Shown here in pieces: positions 9,939 through 18,630 of a DNA stretch of 55,137 bases (the stretch's first letter is position 1; each line of letters starts with the position of its first letter). Made by a program: the position numbers and the translations under genes. Source of the DNA: Bacteroidota bacterium (lineage in GTDB: Bacteria > Bacteroidota > Bacteroidia > AKYH767-A > 2013-40CM-41-45); assembly GCA_043742705.1 (NCBI GenBank), contig JAYTXY010000056.1:1-55137 (forward strand). The letters are read 5' to 3'. The notes below the pieces were generated by a model that saw nothing but the letters and a program-made list of their open reading frames with translations, ran no database searches and was not told the DNA's origin.

Positions 9939-10088
9939 TTAAAAAAGTGTGTAAATAAACGGTGCCAGCGCAGATCCTCCGCCGATCACAATCAGGATGC
10001 CTAGCAAAAGCAATACGATGATGAGCGGAGCAAGCCAGAATTTTTTCCGGGCTCTTAGAAATTTCCAGAGGTCTTTTAAGAAATCCAT
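9939..10088 (-). CDS. DUF5989 (SxtK-like) small membrane protein, 49 aa; absent from the ORF track
   Basis: Manual translation of the minus strand gives MDFLKDLWKFLRARKKFWLAPLIIVLLLLGILIVIGGGSALAPFIYTLF*. ATG is at 10088 and TAA at 9939-9941, 6 nt upstream of the SxtJ start. Confidence 0.75.
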   Translation of the reverse strand: MDFLKDLWKFLRARKKFWLAPLIIVLLLLGILIVIGGGSALAPFIYTLF

Positions 10089-10092
10089 CTTC

Positions 10093-10125
10093 TACGAATT
10101 ACGAATCGGTTACGAATATACGAAT
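10093..10125. repeat. Four direct copies of tacgaat in the carbamoyltransferase-DUF5989 spacer
   Basis: tacgaat occurs at 10093, 10100, 10111 and 10119. The same heptamer builds the arms of the hairpin elements at 36987 and 49801. Confidence 0.8.
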
Positions 10126-10139
10126 ACACAACTATTTGA

Positions 10140-12005
10140 CTAATCGAGCTTGAACTCTTTTTTCCATTCATCGGGAGCTTCCTTCCATGCGGGTTGTTCC
10201 TTCTTTGAAAACAAATAATTGTTAATGACTAAGTAATCCATTTCTGTACGCATGAAACAACGGTATGAGTCTTCGGGCTTACAAACAATCGGTTCTCCAC
10301 GCACGTTGAAGCTTGTATTCACCACTACTCCGTAACCTGTTTTCTCTTTGAACTTACTGATCAGTTTCCAGTATCGTGGATTGGTATTTTTATGAACTGT
10401 TTGTACGCGTGCGGAAAAATCAAGGTGCGTGATGGACTGCACGTCTGATCGTTTTGTATACAAACGTTCCATCAACGGAAGATGGTTATAATTTCCAGGA
10501 AGCGTTGCTCTTCTTTCCTTTACAACATCAGCAACAATCAGCATGTAAGGAGAAATTGAATCCAGCTCAAAAAACTTTGATGAATCCTCTGCCAGAACTG
10601 AAGGAGCAAACGGTCTGAAACTTTCTCTGTATTTAATTTTCAGGTTTAATTTTTTCTGCATCTCATCGTTTCGCGCATCTCCTAAAATACTTCTGTTCCC
10701 CAATGCGCGTGGACCAAACTCCATTCTTCCCTGGTGCCATCCAACCACATTTCCTTCCGACAAAACGGTAGCAACTTTATCCGAAAGCTCATCGAAATTT
10801 TCAATCTTGTGATAAACTGCTTTGTAACGCTTCGCCATCATTTCAATTTCTTTATCAGAATCTTCCGGACCTAGATAAGAACCTTGCATTTCATCCTGTT
10901 CACCGGAATGAACTCTTTCCTTTTTAAAAGAAATGTAATACGCAGCCAACGCAGCTCCTAATGCCCCTCCTGCATCGCCCGCTGCAGGCTGAATGTAGAT
11001 ATTCTTAAATATTTTCTTGCGAAGAAGTTTTCCGTTTGCAACACAATTCAGCGCCACTCCACCAGCCATGCAAAGATTTTCCGAATTCGTTAAACGCTTC
11101 GCTTCTTCTGCCATTTTAAAAACAATCTCTTCAGTGACTTGTTGTATGGCAAGACCTAAATCACAATGATGTTGTTCCAGGTTCTCCTCCGATTCCCTTA
11201 CCGGAAATCCAAAAATCTTTTCAAACTTATCATCATAAACCATTCGCAAACCCGTGGAGTAATTAAAATATTCCTGGTTCAGCCACACTGATCCATCTTC
11301 TTTGATATCAACTAATTTTTCCTTGATGATGTTCACATATCTTTTTACTTCTTCCGATTCCGGATTTCCATAGGGGGCAAGTCCCATCAATTTATACTCG
11401 CCTGAATTAACGCGGAAGCCGAGATAGTATGTAAATGCGGAATAGAGAAGTCCAAGTGAGTGCGGAAACTTCAGCTCTTTCAGAATTTTAATTTCGTTTT
11501 TATTTCCATGACAGATTGAAGCAGTCGCCCATTCACCGACACCGTCAATGGTAAGAATCGCTGAATCTTCATACGGTGAAGGATAAAACGCGCTCGCTGC
11601 ATGCGACAAATGATGTTCAGGAAAGAGAAGCTTTACTTTTTTCTTATCGTACTCCTGGATTTCTTTCAGCTCGTCATAAATCAATCGCTTCAAAAACATT
11701 TTCTCTTTCAGCCAAACGGGAATTGACATGAGAAATGATTTTAATCCCTTCGGAGCAAAACCATAATACGTTTCAAGCAACCGCTCAAGTTTCAACAAAG
11801 GTTTGTCATAAAAAACGATGGCATCCAGATCGTCAATTGTCAACCCTGAAAATTCAAGACAATATTTTACTGCATTGGTTGGAAAAGCAGGATCGTGCTT
11901 TTTACGGGTGAACCGTTCTTCCTGCGCAGCAGCCACAATTTTTCCATCCTGTACCAGCGCGGCAGCAGAATCATGATAGAAGGCAGAAATACCGAGAATG
12001 TTCAT
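10140..12005 (-). CDS. Carbamoyltransferase, NodU/CmcH/SxtI family
   Basis: 621 aa. Contains the N-terminal ILGISAFYHDSAAALV motif and MAGGVALNCVANG, plus the C-terminal YrdC/Kae1-like carbamoyltransferase domain (VNTSFNVRGEPIV). Confidence 0.9.
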   Translation of the reverse strand: MNILGISAFYHDSAAALVQDGKIVAAAQEERFTRKKHDPAFPTNAVKYCLEFSGLTIDDLDAIVFYDKPLLKLERLLETYYGFAPKGLKSFLMSIPVWLKEKMFLKRLIYDELKEIQEYDKKKVKLLFPEHHLSHAASAFYPSPYEDSAILTIDGVGEWATASICHGNKNEIKILKELKFPHSLGLLYSAFTYYLGFRVNSGEYKLMGLAPYGNPESEEVKRYVNIIKEKLVDIKEDGSVWLNQEYFNYSTGLRMVYDDKFEKIFGFPVRESEENLEQHHCDLGLAIQQVTEEIVFKMAEEAKRLTNSENLCMAGGVALNCVANGKLLRKKIFKNIYIQPAAGDAGGALGAALAAYYISFKKERVHSGEQDEMQGSYLGPEDSDKEIEMMAKRYKAVYHKIENFDELSDKVATVLSEGNVVGWHQGRMEFGPRALGNRSILGDARNDEMQKKLNLKIKYRESFRPFAPSVLAEDSSKFFELDSISPYMLIVADVVKERRATLPGNYNHLPLMERLYTKRSDVQSITHLDFSARVQTVHKNTNPRYWKLISKFKEKTGYGVVVNTSFNVRGEPIVCKPEDSYRCFMRTEMDYLVINNYLFSKKEQPAWKEAPDEWKKEFKLD

Positions 12006-12065
12006 AGAAAGAAGTGTGGCAAAAATAGAAGAATATTCGAAGAAGAAACCAACTGCTGAAAAGGA

Positions 12066-13376
12066 TTAATGCAGGGTTTTATGTTCAGAAAAACTTGAAG
12101 AACCTTCTTCAACATAATTAAGGATCACTTTACCTATTGCCTCTGATTTCATCTTTCGCCCTTCGTCACTGACATGACCAAGATCTTTGAAAATTTCATT
12201 GTGTTTTCCTGTGATCATAGAATCAAGATCAACAAAAAATATTTTGTCTTTAAACTCTTCTCCCAGCTTTCGGTTGATGGCATTGCATTGATCGATGGAT
12301 TTCGAAGAAGAATACATTGAAATAGAAGTATCCGTGCTGTGAGGAAGGGTTGTAAGAATCACTTTTATCCTTCTTAACAGTGCGACATCAATCATATTTT
12401 CAAGATTCCGTTCGAAAGGTTTTAGTTCAGTCAAGTTTGAAAAACCCGAACTCCTCTCTTTATGTTCAACTTGTATCGATGTTCCAAGTGATGTCCACGA
12501 AGGTGTCTTATCAATCCTGAATTTTAACCAACGATAAATTGTACTTACGCGAATCAGGTAACGATCATACACTGTTGGCGGACTAAATGATTTGAAAGCA
12601 TGTGTGTAATCGCCACGAAATTCTTCCGGTGATGCATTTCGAATCTTTGCTTCATTCCAACCATGATGAATTACAACGTAGTCAGGATGAAAATCAAGAA
12701 CGTTTAATAAAAAATTCACCAGTGAATGATTCGTGGTCCAGTAAGCTTGCCCGAAGTTCATCACTTCAAAATGTTTTGCTTTGTTGCTGCGATTGCTGTT
12801 TAGATAAGTCTCCAGAACTGCGGGATAACCATCTGCCGTGGTCGATTCTCCGATGCATGCAATACGAATCACATCGCCCGGTTTTTCGTAATTGAAATCA
12901 TGTCCGACAAAACCAAAATTGTTGAATGGAGGAAGATCTCCAAGTGCTTCGTTGCCTTTCAACGCAGCAGAAGGTTTTCCTGTAAACTGAAGAAACGGAT
13001 GACCGACATATGCGGTGTGAGCAGGATACGACCAGTTGCATTGTTCACTCAATTTATTTTTCGCTTCGGGATTGGCAATCAGCTTTATCGAAGTCCGTGC
13101 TACGAGTTCAATGAACATCAGAATCAACAAAATAAAAAACAGGAAAGAGAAAGTCGCGCGGATCCTTTCTTTCATGAAAAGAAAAAGAATAGAAAAACAA
13201 AGCAAAAGAATACTTGCAATAAGAAGATAGCGTGATTCATTGTAAACGAATTCTCCTACGGTGAACATTTTCCCACAGATAAAAGGAAATAATAAGATGC
13301 TGAAACAGATTCCCGTTTTCCCCAGGAAAGAATTAAAACGCACAGAGAAATCTTTTTTTTCAGTTTGATTGTTCAT
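12066..13376 (-). CDS. Membrane-anchored SGNH/GDSL-type hydrolase (putative glycan esterase/acyltransferase)
   Basis: 436 aa. N-terminal TM segments are followed by IRIACIGESTTADGYP (block I Ser), HHGWNE and DLGHVSDEG (DxxH-like block V). Confidence 0.6.
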   Translation of the reverse strand: MNNQTEKKDFSVRFNSFLGKTGICFSILLFPFICGKMFTVGEFVYNESRYLLIASILLLCFSILFLFMKERIRATFSFLFFILLILMFIELVARTSIKLIANPEAKNKLSEQCNWSYPAHTAYVGHPFLQFTGKPSAALKGNEALGDLPPFNNFGFVGHDFNYEKPGDVIRIACIGESTTADGYPAVLETYLNSNRSNKAKHFEVMNFGQAYWTTNHSLVNFLLNVLDFHPDYVVIHHGWNEAKIRNASPEEFRGDYTHAFKSFSPPTVYDRYLIRVSTIYRWLKFRIDKTPSWTSLGTSIQVEHKERSSGFSNLTELKPFERNLENMIDVALLRRIKVILTTLPHSTDTSISMYSSSKSIDQCNAINRKLGEEFKDKIFFVDLDSMITGKHNEIFKDLGHVSDEGRKMKSEAIGKVILNYVEEGSSSFSEHKTLH

Positions 13377-13411
13377 CGGTCAACTTTAATATCCGTATCA
13401 GCTTCTTTCTT

Positions 13412-15202
13412 TCACGCAATCGTATTTCTTTTCGAAAAAGCGTTTTGGATATCTTCAAGTCGCCCTTTAGGAATGGCTGCGATCAATCGTTTCGTATAAT
13501 CTGTTTTCGGAGAATTATAAATTTCATCTGCATCTCCCATCTCTTCTATTTTTCCTTTATTCATCACCACCATTCTGTCACTCATAAATTTCACAACAGA
13601 TAAATCGTGAGAAATAAAAATGTAGGTGAATTCGAAATCACGCTTGAGTTCATTGAGAAGATTCAAGACCTGTGCTTGTATGGAAACATCAAGTGCGGAA
13701 ACTGATTCATCACAAATGATAAACTGCGGCTGCAATGCGAGTGCACGTGCAATACAGATTCGTTGTCGCTGCCCTCCGCTGAATTCATGTGGGTAACGGT
13801 TGTAATGCTCTTCTTTCATGTTGACACGCGAAAGTAATTCCATCACTTTTTCTTTCCGCTGCTTATCTCCGTCATGAAGTCCGTGTACTTTCATAGGTTC
13901 AAAAATAGCTTCGCCAATTGTCATTCTCGGATTGAGTGATGAATACGGATCCTGGAAAATAATCTGGATATGTTTTCTCATTTGACGCAACTCTTTCCCT
14001 TCAAGTATTGCAAAATCTTTTCCTTTGAATATTACCTGTCCTGATTTCGGTTCCGTCAGACGAATGATTGTTCTTCCCAATGTAGTTTTTCCGCAACCGC
14101 TTTCGCCCACCAAACCCAGCGTTTCACCCGGATACACATCAAAGCTGACATCGTCAACTGCTTTCACATAATCCGTTACTCGTCCAAAGACTCCTTTGCG
14201 AATCGGGAAATATGTTTTCAGGTTCTTTACTTCCAGCATTGGCTGCTGTGCGTAAAGTTTCTGATGATGAGTTGTTGTTTCCTCTTTAGTCACAACAAGA
14301 TTTCCAATCGTTTCATCAACTGTCTTTTTGATTTCAATAAACGAACCATCCTTTTCTTCTTTCATGAAATCAGAAATGGTTGGCAGTACACGCAATCGTT
14401 TTTCAAGTGGAGGGCGACATGCGAGTAACCCTTTTGTATAAGGATGTTGAGGATTGGAAAATATTTCGAGCACAGTTCCTTGTTCAACAATTTTTCCTTT
14501 GTACATCACCACAACTTTATCAGCCAGCTCTGCTATGACACCAAGATCGTGCGTAATGAAAATCAAACCCATTCCTGTTTCCTGCTGAAGCTGGCGCATT
14601 AAGTCGAGAATTGTTGCCTGTACAGTAACATCGAGTGCAGTGGTCGGTTCATCAGCAATAAGCAAGGAAGGATCACAGCTCATCGCCATGGCAATCATCA
14701 CACGCTGCTTTTGTCCGCCACTGAGTTGATGAGGATAGCTGTCAAAGATATTTGCCGGCCGTGGAAGTTTTACTTTTTCAAAAAGCGAAATAGTTTTTTC
14801 ACGCGCTTCCTTTTTCGACATTTTTTTGTGAAGTATCAGTGCTTCCGCAACCTGGTTGCCGCAGGTGAAAACAGGATTGAGCGAAGTCATCGGCTCCTGG
14901 AAGATCATGGCGATTTCGTTGCCGCGATACGATCTCATTTCTTTTTCCGGGAGAGAAAGTAAATTCACAGCACCTCTCTTTTCCGAATAAAAAATAATTT
15001 CTCCACCGGAAATTTTTCCGGGAGAAGAAATCAAACGCATGATCGATAACGATGTCACTGATTTACCCGAACCTGATTCTCCGACAACGCCAACGGTTTC
15101 TCCCTTGTTCACGGAAAAGCTGATTCCATTCACTGCCTTCACTACGGATTCTTCCGTTTGAAATTCGGTGATGAGATTTTTTAGTTCGAGCAGTTTATTC
15201 AT
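13412..15202 (-). CDS. ABC transporter ATP-binding protein with two fused NBDs (Dpp/Opp/YejF-GsiA type)
   Basis: Walker A GESGSGKS and GESGCGKT; signature LSGGQKQR and FSGGQRQR; two Walker B/D-loops. No permease or substrate-binding gene is adjacent. Confidence 0.9.
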   Translation of the reverse strand: MNKLLELKNLITEFQTEESVVKAVNGISFSVNKGETVGVVGESGSGKSVTSLSIMRLISSPGKISGGEIIFYSEKRGAVNLLSLPEKEMRSYRGNEIAMIFQEPMTSLNPVFTCGNQVAEALILHKKMSKKEAREKTISLFEKVKLPRPANIFDSYPHQLSGGQKQRVMIAMAMSCDPSLLIADEPTTALDVTVQATILDLMRQLQQETGMGLIFITHDLGVIAELADKVVVMYKGKIVEQGTVLEIFSNPQHPYTKGLLACRPPLEKRLRVLPTISDFMKEEKDGSFIEIKKTVDETIGNLVVTKEETTTHHQKLYAQQPMLEVKNLKTYFPIRKGVFGRVTDYVKAVDDVSFDVYPGETLGLVGESGCGKTTLGRTIIRLTEPKSGQVIFKGKDFAILEGKELRQMRKHIQIIFQDPYSSLNPRMTIGEAIFEPMKVHGLHDGDKQRKEKVMELLSRVNMKEEHYNRYPHEFSGGQRQRICIARALALQPQFIICDESVSALDVSIQAQVLNLLNELKRDFEFTYIFISHDLSVVKFMSDRMVVMNKGKIEEMGDADEIYNSPKTDYTKRLIAAIPKGRLEDIQNAFSKRNTIA

Positions 15203-15228
15203 TTAGCTATTTCAAAATGAGCGATTAT

Positions 15229-15253
15229 AACCGGTCGCAAATTGCGACCAGTT
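15229..15253. terminator. Short hairpin between the exonuclease stop and the ABC ATPase start
   Basis: aac-c-ggtcgc aaatt gcgacc-a-gtt. The stem is 6+3 bp with a weak U-tract. The function is uncertain. Confidence 0.3.
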
Positions 15254-15271
15254 GATTTTTCTCAGCAGGCA

Positions 15272-16009
15272 TTAATCCATGAATACAATATGTTCATCTG
15301 AAATAATCTCAACCTCAGAATCAGTCAATATTTTTTTTCCTTTAAACCTTAGCACAACTTGTGCAACGGTGAGGACATCCTTCTGACAATATGTTACAAT
15401 GCGTGCAAGATTTTTTTCCTTCCAGTAAACTTCCCATACCATACTTCCGTCAATATCATCCTTCGGAGTTGGGATGCCAAGTATCGTAGCAAGTAGCAAG
15501 AGTGATGTGTAGGATTTGTAATCTCCGAACTTCCAGAGTTCCATCGTGTCTAGGTGATTCACTTCCCAGGGTTTCTTCCCGGCGATGTTCAATGCTGTAG
15601 GAAGCTTGATGTTGTTGACAATCATTCTGCGGGAGAGAAAAGGAAAATCAAATTCCTTTCCGTTGTGCGCGCACAGTTGTTTGTCGCTTTTTGAAAAAAA
15701 TTTGTTGAGCATCGCTGCAAATTCTTCTAAGATGATTTTTTCATCGTCTCCATAAAACGATTTGATACGAAATTTTTTATCCGGAGAAAAATACCCGCAG
15801 GAAATGCAGATGACTTTTCCGAATTCCGCATAGATGCCGGCTTGTCGGTAAATAGAATCAGGCGTTTCATCATTCTCCCTGGTAAGGAATCTTGATTTCT
15901 TCTCCCACAAGTTCTGAATTACTTTTGGGGCTTCATCAAAAGATGAGTGCTGCGGTACCGTTTCAATGTCGAGGAAAAGGATGTTCGCAAGGTTGGTGTT
16001 TTCTAACAT
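15272..16009 (-). CDS. RNase H-fold 3'-5' exonuclease (PolB-exonuclease-like, DEDD type)
   Basis: 245 aa. Contains ILFLDIETVP (Exo I), CAHNGKEFDFPFL (Exo II) and YCQKDVLTVAQV (Exo III-like). Confidence 0.75.
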   Translation of the reverse strand: MLENTNLANILFLDIETVPQHSSFDEAPKVIQNLWEKKSRFLTRENDETPDSIYRQAGIYAEFGKVICISCGYFSPDKKFRIKSFYGDDEKIILEEFAAMLNKFFSKSDKQLCAHNGKEFDFPFLSRRMIVNNIKLPTALNIAGKKPWEVNHLDTMELWKFGDYKSYTSLLLLATILGIPTPKDDIDGSMVWEVYWKEKNLARIVTYCQKDVLTVAQVVLRFKGKKILTDSEVEIISDEHIVFMD

Positions 16010-16100
16010 GATTATAAAGGATTAAAAGTTAAAATGAAAAAGTTAAAAATAGCATTTGTCATTATTCAAAAGTAATAAAAACATTTTTCTACATCTACGC

Positions 16101-16134
16101 ATCTGCACATTTTCCAATCTGCACATCAATTACC
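16101..16134. repeat. Direct repeat atctgcacat x2, resembling the arm of the 4HB cassette
   Basis: atctgcacat occurs at 16101 and 16117. ccaatctgcacatcaattacc (16114-16134) compares with ccaaatcagcacatcatcaaattacc (762-787). Confidence 0.5.
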
Positions 16135-16534
16135 TGATCATCACCCCCTTCTTCCCCAGCACCGGAATCACCGTTAAATTGTCGTCCGTGATACTCTCCG
16201 GGAGAAAGATGTATTTCTTGTCGTACAGTTTTTTATTCAGGTAAAAACTTACCCAGTATTCATTGCTTAGTCCGAACACGTTTGTCATGATCGGTTCTAT
16301 TTTCGCATAGTCATGCGGATCAACTTCCCCGATCATATGCCGAAGCACCGTGGTTTTTACATCGCGCCCCTCATAACTTCCGTATCCTTTCGAACTTACC
16401 AAAACGCCTTCAATTTTATCGTTGTATAGATTGACGAGGTACACGTTCCAAACCCACTCGTCTTCTTCGTTCAATTCTTTCACTACGGCTATTACAATAT
16501 TTTCAACAACTAATTGTGGAATATCTTTCAGCAT
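16130..16534 (-). CDS. Hypothetical protein, 134 aa, soluble
   Basis: Clean ORF with an ATG start and no recognisable motif. It is bounded by related AT-rich repeat arms (see the repeat features). Confidence 0.6.
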   Translation of the reverse strand: MLKDIPQLVVENIVIAVVKELNEEDEWVWNVYLVNLYNDKIEGVLVSSKGYGSYEGRDVKTTVLRHMIGEVDPHDYAKIEPIMTNVFGLSNEYWVSFYLNKKLYDKKYIFLPESITDDNLTVIPVLGKKGVMIR

Positions 16535-16616
16535 TTTTTATCTCTAACTTAAAATTTAAAAGTTAAATAGAATGAAAGAGAGTTGTCTTAAACTTTTTAG
16601 TTTTCACTTTTAACCT

Positions 16617-17777
16617 CTACTTACTATACATCTTCAATACCTCATCAATGTAAACCACAAGGTCAGAAAGTCTGTGATCCGCTCCAGGTGTACCTCGCTT
16701 TTTTCCAAGACGGACAAAAATAATTTGTTGATCAGGAATACAAACGATGTATTGGCCGCTCAAGCCACGGGCATAAAAAATTTTGTGTCCTTTTTGTTCC
16801 GTCAACCACCATTGGTAGCCGTAACAATTCGGTTCGCTACCCTCAAAATCAAGCGGTGCCGGAGTCAACGACTCCCGAACATAATTTCGTGAAACAAGTT
16901 GTTGCCCATTCCACATTCCGCTGTCGAGATATAATTTTCCGAAGCGGGCAAAGTCGCGTGCATCAGAATAAAAGCAACAGTATGCTTTTTCATCTCCGTT
17001 GGTATGATCAAGCGACCACTGCGCGGAATGCTCTGCTCCTATTCGTTTCCAGATTTTTTCAGAAGCATACGCACTCAACGTCTTTCCCGTTGCTTTCTCG
17101 ACAATTAATGCAAGCATCTGGGTATTGCCGCTCATGTAATCAAATTTTTTCCCGGGCTCGTTCACGACATTCAAACCATTAATCAGTTTTTGAAGATTGG
17201 TTCCATAATAGGCTTTGGTGGTCACGCTGAAAAGACTGGAATAACTTTCATCCCAATTCAACCCCGCACTCATCTCAAGCAAATGACGAATGGTCAATTT
17301 CGAATTCTGTCCTTCTTTGAAATGCGGAAGATAATTTCCAACGGGATCATCGATGCTTTTAATTTTACCCTCATCAATTGCAACGCCCACCAGCAAACTC
17401 ACAATACTTTTCGCTACCGAAAAAGAATTGCTGAATGAATTCTGATCATAATGATCCCAATATTGCTCATGCCTGATGGAATCATTTTTAATAACCAGGA
17501 AAGCTACGCTCTGATTTTTTTCAAGTTCTTCGAGAAGGATTTTCGGAAGAGTTGCTTTGTTATAATCCGGTGCTGTCGCCCACGGTTGAGGAGTTGCATT
17601 TTCAACAACACGTGTATCGAAAATATCAAGGTCGTCAATATCAGCGTAGTTATAAATAACCGCTTTATAGATGTACGAGTTCCCGGTAATCTGGATCGCC
17701 ACATTTACACTCACAAAAAGAATGAGCAATGCCCCGAGAATTTTCGTCCACACCGATATTTTTTTTCTCCTGCTCAT
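16617..17777 (-). CDS. Serine hydrolase, beta-lactamase/PBP (class C-like) family, membrane anchored
   Basis: 386 aa. Has an N-terminal TM segment and the SxxK motif FSVAKS within a beta-lactamase-like length and pattern. Confidence 0.8.
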   Translation of the reverse strand: MSRRKKISVWTKILGALLILFVSVNVAIQITGNSYIYKAVIYNYADIDDLDIFDTRVVENATPQPWATAPDYNKATLPKILLEELEKNQSVAFLVIKNDSIRHEQYWDHYDQNSFSNSFSVAKSIVSLLVGVAIDEGKIKSIDDPVGNYLPHFKEGQNSKLTIRHLLEMSAGLNWDESYSSLFSVTTKAYYGTNLQKLINGLNVVNEPGKKFDYMSGNTQMLALIVEKATGKTLSAYASEKIWKRIGAEHSAQWSLDHTNGDEKAYCCFYSDARDFARFGKLYLDSGMWNGQQLVSRNYVRESLTPAPLDFEGSEPNCYGYQWWLTEQKGHKIFYARGLSGQYIVCIPDQQIIFVRLGKKRGTPGADHRLSDLVVYIDEVLKMYSK

Positions 17778-17898
17778 CTGTCATTTTAATGAGCAACAAA
17801 GTACGAAAAGAAAGCCAGTGATCTTAAACAGAAAATCGAATTTTTTCAAGGCAGATTGTTAAACTTTGCTTAACAGGCTACAAAGGTCTTAGTAAAAT

Positions 17899-18621
17899 TT
17901 AGTTCGAAGAAGAAACGGATTCCATCAGTTCCATCTCAAAAAGATCAGCCAAATGTTTTTTTACTTTTTCTTTCACTTCGCTGATGTCAACCTTGCGCCC
18001 GAGTTCTTTTTCAAGTGATGTAACTGCCTTGTCGTTGATGCCGCATGGAACTATGTTTCCGAAATAACTTAAATCAGTGTTCACATTAAAAGCAAAACCA
18101 TGCATTGTCACCCACCTTGAACAGCGCACACCGAATGCGCAGATCTTTCGCGCACGGATTTTATCCTCCGGATCCATCCAAACTCCCGTGAGCCCCGGAA
18201 TTCTTCCTGCTTCAATTCCATATTCTTTCAGTGTAAGAATAATTGCCTCTTCCAGATAGCGGAGATATTTATGAATGTCTGTGAAAAAATTATCCAGGTC
18301 TAAAATCGGGTATCCTACAATTTGTCCGGGACCATGATACGTAATATCTCCTCCGCGATTGTTCTTGTAAAAAGTTGCATCAATGGTTTTCAATGCTTCA
18401 TCATCAACCAATAAGTTCTTTTCATCACCGCTTCTGCCGAGAGTATATACATGTGGATGCTCACAGAATAGAAGATGGTTGGGAGTCGGGAGTTGTGAGT
18501 CGGGGAATGAATCGCGATTGGAAATTTTTTGAGTAACAATTTCCGCATGCAATTTTTCCTGCAAATCCCAGGAGGATTTGTAATCAATAAGCCCAAGGTC
18601 CCGGAAGATTACGGATTGCAT
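17899..18621 (-). CDS. lipB: Lipoyl(octanoyl) transferase
   Basis: 240 aa. Contains the RGGDITYHGPGQIVGYPI and KICAFGVR motifs. Confidence 0.92.
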   Translation of the reverse strand: MQSVIFRDLGLIDYKSSWDLQEKLHAEIVTQKISNRDSFPDSQLPTPNHLLFCEHPHVYTLGRSGDEKNLLVDDEALKTIDATFYKNNRGGDITYHGPGQIVGYPILDLDNFFTDIHKYLRYLEEAIILTLKEYGIEAGRIPGLTGVWMDPEDKIRARKICAFGVRCSRWVTMHGFAFNVNTDLSYFGNIVPCGINDKAVTSLEKELGRKVDISEVKEKVKKHLADLFEMELMESVSSSN

Positions 18622-18630
18622 GAGAGATGA

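Larger units (their letters stand above)
16019..16615. mobile_element. Candidate repeat-bounded single-gene unit (cargo: 134-aa hypothetical) filling the serine hydrolase-exonuclease gap
   Basis: The outer arms 16019-16048 (ggattaaaagttaaaatgaaaaagttaaaa) and 16587-16615 are inverted repeats, about 24/29 with one gap. An inner direct copy of the left arm at 16545-16570 forms a local hairpin with 16587-16615. Confidence 0.4.

Noticed and set aside
15272-16534. The DEDD exonuclease plus the 134-aa protein as a two-gene defence or toxin-antitoxin pair.
   Set aside because: The genes are separated by 120 nt of repeat DNA, and the exonuclease family is broadly conserved as housekeeping in Bacteroidota. 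The repeat-bounded cassette interpretation fits the small gene better.
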